A DNA stretch of 64,000 nucleotides. Origin: Trichoplax adhaerens. Lineage: Eukaryota; Animalia; Placozoa. The notes under the pieces are model-generated. The model had not been told where the DNA came from and did no database searches. It saw only the letters and a program-made list of their open reading frames with translations. The stretch spans positions 1,512,202 to 1,576,201 of the forward strand of contig NW_002060946.1 of the NCBI RefSeq assembly GCF_000150275.1. The letters run 5' to 3'. The stretch's first letter is position 1; the number at the start of each line of letters is the position of its first letter. The position numbers were made by a program, and so were the translations under genes. Of this stretch, positions 24,601 through 36,421 are shown one piece after another.

Positions 24601-27600
24601 AATCGCGTTGATGTTCCACAGTCATATTATCTAAAATGGATTTACGTCTTTGTGCAACCTAATACAAGATATTTGAAACAATAAGCTGTTAAGCATAATA
24701 AAAATCTAAATTAAATAAACAAACCAAGAATATTTCAGTGTAAATATGAATATACCACTGGATTTAACGTGGGATTTTATTAGATTACGATAATTCAGCA
24801 TTTGTACTACTGACACCGCAGCTTTCACATTAAGATAAAATTCTTTAGAACTGAATTACTAATGTATTGGCTTACCTCATTTGCTTTGTCTAGAGAATTT
24901 TTCAATTTTATGACTTCCTGTTCCATACTATGGATGTTTTCCATCAAGTTATCATTAACATACTTTGCTTGCTGTTTAGTAAAAGGAATAATCTAGCTAA
25001 ATTCGTGCTCCATGGAAATAATACTCGTGTTTCATGTCATGATACATAGGCTGCTAACCTTTAGCTCTATTTCTAATTCTTTAAATTTCTTCTTGTATCT
25101 ACTTAGTTCTTGTTTAACTTCCTGCGTGATATAAGAAATTCAGAATATAATTCATATATGCATTTCTGATATAAGGAACTGAATCATAATATCATTCAAA
25201 TTAATTCAATTCTGTTACATTTCAGAAAAGATTGTACTCACCCTAAATTTAGTTCCTTCATCAGCTTGTACCGTCTAAATTGCGTTAGATCGACGATATT
25301 TTAATAAAAATTTTGCTTATGATGTTGTTTCATAAGGTTAAATTTATATACGGCTAGATTTACTAATAGTAATAGTAATCAATTATATGGAAATAAAAGC
25401 CATACTACCTCTATCTAATGCGAGTATATAAGCATTATGGGTGGTAAATTACAATTACAATTAATTATCCAACGGTTCAAATTTAGTAAACAATTGAAGT
25501 TTTAATGAGAAATGCTATTCTATCCCAAAAATTTCACTTGTATGCACTAAATACGTTTGTAAGTTGGACTAAATTCCAATAGAAATATAAGCAGCCTATG
25601 CTTTAAAGCTGTAATTAAGCATAAGATTTGATGGGAGCAAAAGGAAACAGTACTATTGAAGTAATCGGCTCTATAAATAAATTAAATTCATAACCAACAC
25701 GATGATAGAAAATAAATAAGTGCCTTACATTTTGCACCGGTAGTGCTTTATCATCTGACTTGACCTTAATGTAAGTAAGACATAATTTTAAATACAAACA
25801 ATTTATTTTATACTAGCTAGAAGTTGTCACAAAAAAATCAATAATCTGAATATTTTAAAGACTTTAATATGAATTAATTTGATTTTTATTTCTAATCAGT
25901 CTTAAAATTACCGATTCATTATCGTCTTCCTGTAATTCTAAATTCACCCGCTGAAATGCTTCTACCATTTTCTGAAATAAGGATAGAAAAATTTATCATA
26001 TTTTAAGATAGCATTTTTTATTAAGTTATGTACCTGTATTTCTTGATCCTTCTGAACTATTAAATTTCTAATAATTAAATTAACAGAAATTATTAAAGTG
26101 AGTAAATAAATCCTCGTATTTATTCTTTTCTAGAACTTAACATAATTGCAAAAAATTAATACCACTTACTGAAATTCTTCAACTTTTTCTTTCATCGATA
26201 GATCTATTTGATCTAACCTATTGGAAATTAATATTGAAATGATTGAATATATAAAATGTGTGAAATTATCAGCTTTAAAAGGTACTAATTTTGGCTTAAA
26301 TTAGCCCTAAAATCACGTTGTAATCTAGAAAATATGGATTGCATAGAACAACAGAATTGAGCACGACTAATATTATTTCCAGTTGCAAGACGGTATAGTA
26401 CATAAATGGCGATGAATTGCTATCTCACAGCATGAATGCAATCAATTTATAATATCAATGCTCGTGATGTGGAAGTCAAGACCTACCGAACTTGCTTGCT
26501 CGAAAGTTCATCATCTTTCTATTAATTGACGATAAGATCAAACAAATCAGCCCCATATGAGATGACTAAAAACGTTTTCTATCTACTCTTCGACAAATCT
26601 ACCTCTTTTAGAAGTCGCTGAAGTACGGCTATTTCAGATGTAATTGAGTCCTATTGATATGATCGATTCAAAGATATATGATTGAATTAATTTATCAATG
26701 ATCTAAATTTCTTGACAGTCATCAGACTATTTTAAATTGCGTATGGTATTCATTCATGCTTATAACTCAAATTTACTTTTGTTTCAAGGAGTTCCTGCTT
26801 TAACGATTTCTTCTCTGCTAATTCTTTGACTAGGCAATCTTATTTTTAACCAAAATAGATGTTATTTATGCTAGTTTATATATGTCCTTTTAAAAGTATA
26901 TTAGCATAGATCATGAAATTCTATACCCTTCAGCTTCTGTATGTACGTGTCCAAGTTCTTTCCCAAATCATTTTCCTGTTACATGGCAAGAAATCAAATT
27001 TAAAAACAGAGTATCACAGCAATGTTAATCATCGCAGATTCATCATTGTTAGTAGACATTATATAAAGAACCATTACTAAGAATTCAATTCCCTAGATCT
27101 TAAATCATATGATTTGAGTAGGTAGGTGATTTTTACGAAATAGATCACTCATGTTTGAATTAGGACATCTATTAATTAGCATATTCCATTGCTGTAAAAG
27201 TATAAGTATAGTGCATTATCTAATGCTGGTCGAGATCTAATGTGGTTGAAATATGATGCGAACATGGTGAGCAGCGTCTGATGATTAATTCAGGCAAATT
27301 GTAGGAAAGTAATTAATTATTCGTATAAATTAAACATCACTTGCTATGAAACGAAGAATGATAATTAGTTATCTCAATGCTAAAGCAGTGGCATTGATAA
27401 GAATCAAATAAAGGAAAGGTTTGCACATTTAAATTATTGGTTGTTTCTTCATCCGTTACTCTACTGTAAAGATCGCTCTTTACCTGTTGCTCAATAGGTT
27501 CCGCTGACGACGAATTACCTATGAAAAATGAAATGATAAGATTCTCATAAATTTATTAAATTAGAAATTTAATCTAATGCATGAGTACTTCGTCCAATAA

Positions 27601-30590
27601 TCCCCGAGATTCCTAGTAAATAGCAAATTTGACTTTCAATTCTACTTCTGCATTTCTGAATTAGGTTAGCCATTTTGTCTATAATACACAACCGAAATTT
27701 ATGGTATATTTTTAGGAAATCTCCTGGTAGAATATTTTCTTAATCAATATTAATAATGGTATTTTATAATTTTTACTTCGAATTCGATTTTCGGTAACTT
27801 CTGCTTCCTTATTGGCGACTTCAGGTAACGATAAACTTTGGGTACTGCCAATACCACTAGATGGAAATTGAAATCGATTGGGAGCATTAGCATAGATTGT
27901 TGGTGAAATATTAGCGTTGTTATATTCTTCCGATTGCCTCTGTTTATAGTCTCCAGCCTGATAATAAGAACTACCGTAGGCTGATACTAAAGGGGTAAAT
28001 TCTGTTGTATTGCTTAAAGTCGGTGTAAGAGAATTGGTTTGTGGGTAAACTTGGCTACTGGATGAATTTGTTGGGTTATTGACCGTATTTAGTGGATCGA
28101 AGTCATCCAAACTTGAAAACATATTAGTAGCTGGTACAGACTTGTCGATTTCGGCATTTCCTCCATCTAAAATTAAATCATTATCAGATTGTTGGAAAGA
28201 AATTAAGTCATTAGCTCGCAATGCTGGAAAAGATCCGGTAACATCTTTAACGACAGCTGGAGACGAAGATGCGCTAGATTTATTTAAATGAGGCATTGCT
28301 TTATGAACACATCGATTTAACTCTTGAACTAAAAAGTCAAATTCTCCTTCGGTGGAATTGCGAATTGTTTGAAATAAAACCGTTGGCTCTAATTTAGTTA
28401 GAATACCAATTTCTTTCTCAACAGATCGATAAAGTAATGTTCTGATATCTTCTTCTACGTCTATGCTATTTCTTCTAATAAATCAGTATAAAAAACAGGA
28501 TTAGGGTTCAGCAATTCCGAATTATCTACTTATATTACATTGTATATCCTTCTACTATTAATTTTGATATAATTAAGACTAAGACGCTTAAAATAATGAT
28601 AAGCTTTATAGTGCCACATCCATTTTATGTATGTTAACATGTACATGTAAAAACTATCCAGCTGTAAGTCTCTAAATGAAATATTTACGCAACCTATAAC
28701 ATCGTGCAGCATATACTAAAATAATGCTCAACCACTATCGAAATAAGCCAGAGCCTTAATATTTTAGGACTAAATATCATGTATTAAAGTTCATTGGCAC
28801 TTTTGTAAATATAAAATTTTCAAATAATGAATACAGTACGAATATATTGCAAATCTGTATGAAATTTAGATCATCATATATAGCCACATAATAAAGCGAT
28901 AATTCAAACGTATGAATACCGGGCAAGTTCTATCCTACCTGCCGAAAGTATAGCCGGATGTTACTGTTGGAGGGGATCCAGGTGTACATCTGACATTAGA
29001 GACGCCATCATATCTCATTTTGAATTGAGCATATTCTGTAACAAGGTCCCTAGTAGTTTACAAAATGTACGAAACAGAGATATGTATATGAATCAATTTG
29101 AAAGAACACTAGAAGTATTATACGTCTAATATTATATAGAATATTACCTTAACTCCTCTTCTCTCTTTTGTAACTTTGTATAAATCACTGTATCAGAAGC
29201 ACAATGTAAATTGAGCAAAGCATTCAAACAGAAAATAAGCAATTAATTATGGCCCTAGTGCGTAGTGTATATTCTAGTTGCTGTACTCTCTGAATTTTTT
29301 AACGTTAAAGATTATTACATTCATAATTTTCAGCAAATTTTTGTTTCTCTTCCATAAGTGACTGATATTGTTGCTTAGTTACATAATCCTGTAAATCTCC
29401 CTGATAGCTATCCAGTTGTCGTCTAAATCCTTCGTTTTCTTTCACTAGCTACACCAAAAGAAGTTGAAATTATAACGTTTTACTATACAGTTATTATTTC
29501 TCCTGAATATACGTTCGATAGCATAAAATTTATTAGAACGTAGAAGTAGTCGAACTTAAGGCTATTAAATATGCCATCTACCCGTTACTTTATAACTTAG
29601 AAATAATGTATTTAATATAAATGAAATTACCCTGGATAATTCAACATTTAAGGTTTGCGTTTGCACATTACTTTCTTCCTGGAGTTGCTAATAGTTTCAT
29701 AATAATTTCAATCTCTACTCGTCTTTTGCAATCTACTTGTACAAGTAGAATAATCTAATGAGATATTCCACTTACTTCCATTTGTTGTTTAGTTAATTCT
29801 AATTCCTGAGCCATGTCGGCCAATTCCTATAATGCGTAAATCATGTTAATTTTTAGTTTATGAGACGGCTATATGTATGGGTGATTCATTGATTATATAA
29901 TTCAATAAAAATGATGGACTAAAGCGTGCTGCAATGGAATTTTTCCTAGAGCTATCTAAATATCAATTTATCTGTTTTGAAACGAACCTTGGCCTTCTTG
30001 CTTTTAGCTAGCAGCTAGAACAGACAACAAATAAAAATCTCTTAAAAATTTCATGTCTTTCTCTCCAAGACTTTGTGACTATCATTGAATTAATTAATAC
30101 TCTAGTTCCAACCTTTGTTGCTTTATTTAATTCATAATTTTGTTTATCTAGCTTATCTCGAAGATTTTTCGCTTCTATTAATCAGTAATTAATAACTAGT
30201 ATTATGAAAAGTTGCAATATGGTCTTAAAAATATCATTTTTTTCTAAGTAAAGATATAAAGAATATTAATGAAATTCAGCAAAAAAAGCAAAAATAGCGA
30301 ACGATAATTAATATTTAAAATAATATAGGCTAAGTCATGAATCACCTTTCTCCAGAAAATTATTTGAATCCTGGAGTTGAGCATTCTTGGATTTCAATTC
30401 TTTTAAATTTTTCTAAATTTTTAAAAATCAATTAGCTACATATAGAATAATCCAAATATTTTATGGCTAGATCAAGTAGCCAATGCTATTATGATCTTCA
30501 AATATTTTGCATTTTATATAGGTGCCGTATTATTAGGTGTTTTACCTGTAGCAGAATAAATTCACGAGTAGATACTATTCCTTCAGACAT
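21674..30590 (-). CDS. GRIPAP1: GRIP1-associated protein 1 (GRASP-1)-like long coiled-coil protein, ~30 exons
   Basis: N-terminal exons MSEGIVSTREFILLQ / KNLKELKSKNAQLQD / LLAKSKKAK resemble recalled GRIPAP1 (LSEEEFQRMQ..LLELRTNNYQL..LSKSKKAQ). C-terminal ELLERVSKLQQTK..LEESGASLAEELTRKTKIFE, GDEGLREMNAKLQRVLEETIIKNLSLQK and NIEEVSTELVK match the conserved GRIPAP1 C-terminus ([39 protein letters not shown]). Internal exons were not all phased. Confidence 0.9.
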
Positions 30591-31130
30591 TTTCGGATGA
30601 ACCAGCAGTGATGTACTATACCTTTATATTCACTCTACTCTAGTAAAGTATCACAAAATGGCTACCATAACCATAAGCTGTTTCTTTTTCGAATCTATTT
30701 TGACGGATTAAATGGAATTGATAGCCTAGGATAGATTGAGAAACTTAATTTATAATAATGTAGAACTTCACTGTTGATGGAAAAAAAAATAAAGTTCTCT
30801 GCTTAGCTTTTATTGTATCCTTAAAATTAGACTTAAAGTACAAGGGAATTGTTACTTGAACATTAATTCTCAACGTCTTTCTTGATTTTGATATTAAATT
30901 CTAGTATAGCTGCCTTTACATTAGCGATAAGTATACAATGCTTATAGATTATCGAAATTATTTTTAACCTACTAAATCGATAATAGCTTTAGCCTAATAA
31001 AGCAAAACAGAGCTATCTGATCTCTAATTCTTTAGGTCTTCTTTAACTATTAAAATCGGAATTTTCTGTAATAGATTGATTCACTAAGTTTAATTGTTAA
31101 GGACAAGCTAAACATATTAATAGTTGAATC

Positions 31131-31460
31131 ATCTAGACTGTTCTATAATTTATCAAACTGATATCGTCTTGATTGCAAGTAAAATAAAAAATAGCTGAAC
31201 CATATTGCTTATAGTAGATCTATTCACGAGATTTTTAAAATATTCATGACAACATAAAATACGTATAGATAGAATATTGCATTAATTATTGGATCTTCTA
31301 TACTATTTCATAATCTATTAAACTGAAACCGCCTTAATTGCAAGTAAAATAGACAAATAGCTGGACAACATTGCTCGTAGTTGACCCGTTCACGAGATTT
31401 TTACACGTTCATGAGACCATAAAAAACGATTAAATGGATTATCGCGGTCATTTTATTGAT
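31131..31460. repeat. Degenerate tandem duplication (2 x ~165-175 bp)
   Basis: aaactga..attgcaagtaaaata..aaatagctg..ttcacgagattttta..ttcatga..cataaaa occurs twice. Confidence 0.85.
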
Positions 31461-33549
31461 TTATTGCGTGGATAATATGACTTTGATTATACTGTAATAA
31501 CTAGTGTATAGACTGCTAAATCTAGCAACAAAGTTAACTAAATCGAGAATAGAGTAGTTATGGTGGATTTGTTATTTCTTGCCCTACCTTTAACTCGAAA
31601 AGTCTCTACTCTAAGTGTCATAACGATGTTGAAAAATGATATATACTATAAAAATGGATAATATCACAGAAATGAAATTTATTCCTTGTCTACTTAGTAT
31701 ATAATTTACTATACAAATCAACTTTTATAAGGTATATTGGCATATTCTATTTTCTTATTAGATTGCAAGGCCTTTTCACCATATACCATATTATAAATTC
31801 ATACTATTTTACAGAAGTTGATGTATACTCCTTTATGATTTATGATAGATTAAATGATTAGATTTCAAAGAAATGCGAAGATACATTTGCAATAATTAAA
31901 TGTGTTTTGAAGACAATTTTAGATGATTTAGGCTTGATAATGCAGATGTTACCGTTCCATTAGAACTAATTGTTATTAGCTCTAAAGTTCTTTCATTCTC
32001 CAATCATCAAAGCGCCATCTTGATTAAGAACTAGGCACATTTTATCATAAAATGCTAGCTAGTAACGATCAATTTATACATATTAACACTTACCTAAATC
32101 TTGATAGATCCGCAATTTAGATATCGTCTATGGAAAAATAAATTAGGACAATTCGCTATATTTCAATTTGTATTATTTCGTTGTATTTCTATAGTTAGCT
32201 TTATTTAATCTGTTAATCATTTGTAAATGTATAGCACTGCGACTATGCTGAGAATTCAGATTCTATTTTCATTTACTATAGTAGCGATTATCAGATCAGA
32301 TAATATCATGGTAATGGTCTGGTCATTTTATGACGTCAACTTGAGCATATGGCTACCTTTATCGAGTAATTGATAGATTAGAGGACAGTATGTTCCTGAA
32401 CCCTCGTACGTATGATGGTAAAAATAGACTGATTATTGGGTCGATGTAATACCAGATATGGGGATAAATTAAAATGATGAAGATATCACGGATAATGTGT
32501 CTTTATATGCTGATTACAGGTATATAAATTAAACGTAGTAAAAAGATATCTCATTTTCGGCAACATATCCAATATTGTCGTTTTAAAATAAGTGAAATTA
32601 TTGCGTCTAACCCTTTACACATTCGGTCATAGGGATTAAAATTAATAGATAGCTCTAGAGGGTTAAATTTCTTTCCTGTTATACTATGACATGAGAAAAT
32701 TAATAGTTGTTCACTACACATATAACTACATTTTATTTATTTATACAAAGTAAAATTACTTTGTAGAGATTAGTATTTATAGCATCAGTTATTGTATGTT
32801 AATTTATTATAAATATGATTCAATATTATTTATTCAGGTTTAGTTATATAAATTTTAAAATGATAACGATATACTGTACCGTATACGCGTATATTATATC
32901 TGCTCAATGTCACTTTGGGCTACTATGGAATGTAATCAGGCCTGAATATTTCAATGGCCTTATATGCGATTCTTTTGGGGATACGGTCAGTTAATCGTAG
33001 CCTCTCGAATATTTCACTGCTAGTGTATGCATAGCTGTGCATATAGTAATAGATCAGATTTATATACAGTACATTACTGATTTATTGTGTAGGATAACGA
33101 AATTCTATAAGCATATAGTAATGCAGTGAAATGTTTTGTCGCTACTTACAGCATGTCCAAGCGATGTCATTGCCGATATACTTGTAAAGCTATATAAATA
33201 CCACCTTCTTGTAACTATATGGAATCTCTGGATCATGATGAAGTTGATTCATCATACTTACTGACTGCAATGGCATATAAATTCATGATGGCATAAACGT
33301 ACTATTTACACGAGTTCATCACTGTTTAACGCCGAAAAGATTGTTTATCGATCAAAAATTCAATGATGTCTACTACAGAAAAGAAAAGATACTAGGCCAT
33401 GCACGTAAACAGCATAATAAATGGTTGCATACATCGTCGCTCATATATTGGATGACTACAACGAATGTATGATATTAGTGAAGTTAAGCATTACAACGGC
33501 TACTGATATCTAATGAATACTGTTGCTGACTACCTTTTAGAACTACATC

Positions 33550-34843
33550 TTATGGCCTTTGTGTTGTCGCCAAAATCATAATAACTCATAATACTATATA
33601 ATAATCTTGACTGGTAAACAGAGATACTGAATCTATATTAATATCGACTGTACTCTACAACAATTAATTCTAATCAAAGCCGAGCGCTTGCATCTCGTTG
33701 TCGTAAGCCCTAAGTATTCAAAATTGAGTTATATTAATATCCACTGAATATATATATACAGTACTACAATCTCCAACCCTTCCCCAACGTTCACTCCTTA
33801 TAAACTCCAGGCTTTTATACCCTCGACGGCTGATTATGCCGTAGTATTTGAAAGTCTTATCCATTATGGATCTTCCCCATAATCCTAACATAGCCTTTCT
33901 ATTTCATACTGCACAGTACTTTAGTAGCCCTTGGTATAAATCACTTTGTGCAGACTGCATGCACTAGTAATAGTCAAAACATAGCGCTTGAATCTTGTTA
34001 TCGCAAGCCCCAAGAATGCAAACTTGCGGAGATAGACTACTGAATAGAGAAACTGTATCTATATTAATATCTATACTACAATAATCAAAAACATAGCACT
34101 TATATCTTGTTATCGTAAACCCTAAGAATGCAAACTTGCGGTGATAGACCACTGAACAGAGATGCTGTATCTATCTTAATATCTATACAGTACTACAATC
34201 ATAATCAAAGCATAACAGTTGCATCTTGTTATCGTAAACCCTAAGAATGCAAACTTACGGTGATAGACTACTGAACAGAGATGCTAAGAATGCAAAATTG
34301 CGGAGATAGACCGATGAATAGAGATACTGTATCTATATTAATATCTATACTACAGTAATAATCAAAGCATAGAAGTTGTATCTTATTATCGTAAACCCTA
34401 AGAATGCAAAATTTCGGATAGACTACTGAACAGAGATACTGTATCTATCTTTATATCTATACTACAATCATAATCAAAGCATAGCACCTGTATCTTGTTA
34501 TTGTAACACCTAAGAATGCAAAATTGCGGATATAGACTGATGAAGAGAAATACTGTACAGTATCTATATTAATATCTATCTATACTAACATTATTTTATT
34601 TTAATGCTATAACATAATCAAAACGTATCGCTTGTGTCTTGTTGTCGTAACCCCTAAGAATTTAAAGTTACGGAGATAGACTCGTAAGTAGAAACAGTGT
34701 ATCTACGGTGTATTAATATCTACGCGTATACTATAATAATAATTAAACTCTAGTGCTTGTATCTTATTATCGTAACCCCAATGAATTCATAATTGCTTAG
34801 TTCCATTGGTAAACAGAGGTACTGTATCTCTATTAATATCTAT
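33550..34843. repeat. ~115-125-bp tandem repeat array, ~9-10 copies, between GRIPAP1 and ALAS
   Basis: Unit aatcaaa(a/g)catag..cttgtatcttgttatcgtaaaccctaagaatgcaaa.ttgcgg.gatagactactgaacagagatactgtatctatattaatatctat at ~33670, 33968, 34081, 34201, 34358, 34471, 34614 and 34735, plus partial copies. Confidence 0.95.
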
Positions 34844-35399
34844 GTCATGGCCAATACCGGCAATCAGACCTGACCAGTAATGGCCGGCCAGTACCGGTAA
34901 GATTTAAATCTATGCCAAGGTCCGTGTAAGGATCCGGGCATTCTATTCTACACTGTACAGTACTGTACTTTTAAATTCGTTCTCTAGCAGCGATTTCATA
35001 AACTACATTTGTTTATCTTGGCCCATGATTCAACTTTCTGTCAGTTGAAGATTCAGACTTTTGCATGTTAGATACTGTGCAAGTGTATATGTGCTCATAT
35101 GTCCTGTACATCGATGATTTAACGGTTATTTTATACAGCTCTAACTGTTATATTGTACTCGTAAACGAATTCGTTCTGGAAGGAACAATTTCAAATCATG
35201 TTTATATAGGCCCAGTAGAGAAACTTTCTTCAAACTCCAACCAATTCATTGGATCAATGGTTTATTTATTTAGTCATTTTATTCTATTTTGATACTGTGT
35301 ATCTAGTACCACGGTTCATAGTTCAAGAGTATAATTGGCAAAATAGTCAGTGAAACACCCTTTCCATTAAAGATTATTCTGATCAATGTGAGTGGAAAG

Positions 35400-36123
35400 A
35401 AACCAATGGCTGAAGATTGGTCGCCATAGCAAGAACCCGTTGAAAAAGCTTTAAGGCCGACCACGCCTAACAATCCAGTACAGTACTCGATTGTGTTGTA
35501 CTGTATTGTATAGTACGGTACTGTACAGTACAGGGTACAGGTGTAAACTCAGCAGGCCTGACCATTGTATGTTTGCGTGCTGTCATTGGCTCGGCCTAGC
35601 CGTGGCCTAGCATGTGACTTCGGATGAACTGGCACAGATCAGCACCGATGATGTGACGCAAACAATAGAACATGAATAAAAAGAAAGAATACACTTCACT
35701 CATAACGTCACATAGAAAGTCAATTACATCACTTCAGCCTTCAGGTGCTTGACTCTAGAAAAAAATTCTTCAATTCTTTTCATTGGCTGTTGTTGAGTTC
35801 TACAGTACTGCAGGGGCAAATTTGGAACGGAAAGTGTCACAGTGTGACACACCACTGTGTAGCCTGATGCGCGTGCAATGAATGACGACCGTCCACAAGG
35901 TCGAGTTCGATGGACGTGCTCTATGCGCACGTCCTATGGTAGGGTCAGACAGTACTGTACAGTGTACAGTACAAAAGGGTCTCTGTACAGTACCAACGTC
36001 CAACGCACGGGTATAAATAGTAGAGGCTCGATACACAACTGCTGCGTCTAGGCAAGAGAGCTGTTGTCTAAAACCCCATAGCATTTCCTCACTTGGTATC
36101 TGCTCAAGATTAGTATTTTCGAG
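35400..36123 (+). promoter_or_regulatory. ALAS promoter and non-coding first exon
   Basis: TATAAATA at ~36012; several CCAAT/ATTGG boxes (~35403, 35416, 35585, 35782); TACAGTA clusters. A strong donor GAG|GTAAGA at 36123/36124 pairs with the acceptor at 36421, directly before the ATG. Confidence 0.6.
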
Positions 36124-36421
36124 GTAAGAAATGCAATCATGGCGAGTTCACTGACAATATCGAGGGAGGAATAACCTTTATTTTATGATACTTGATTGCT
36201 ATAAACCTGCTCAATTTTAGGGTAATTCAATCTTGAGTTATTGACTGCACTATGAGGCGAGAGATAGCCATTCGACGGCCGCCAGTGCAATAAATTGTAC
36301 TGGTATTGATCAAAGAAAAAAGGCCGTTTACAACAATTTTCAAAGAGAACACCAGTACATGAGAAGTCTTTGCCCACTGGTCATTCATTTTTATTTTTGA
36401 ATTTATTTCCCCAATTTATAG

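Noticed and set aside
35834-35850. IRE-like hairpin GTGTCA-CAGTG-TGACAC near ALAS
   Set aside because: The loop is 5 nt rather than CAGUGN, there is no bulged C, and it lies upstream of the TATA box, so it is probably untranscribed. More likely a palindromic TGACA DNA site. No IRE is seen in the leader exon.
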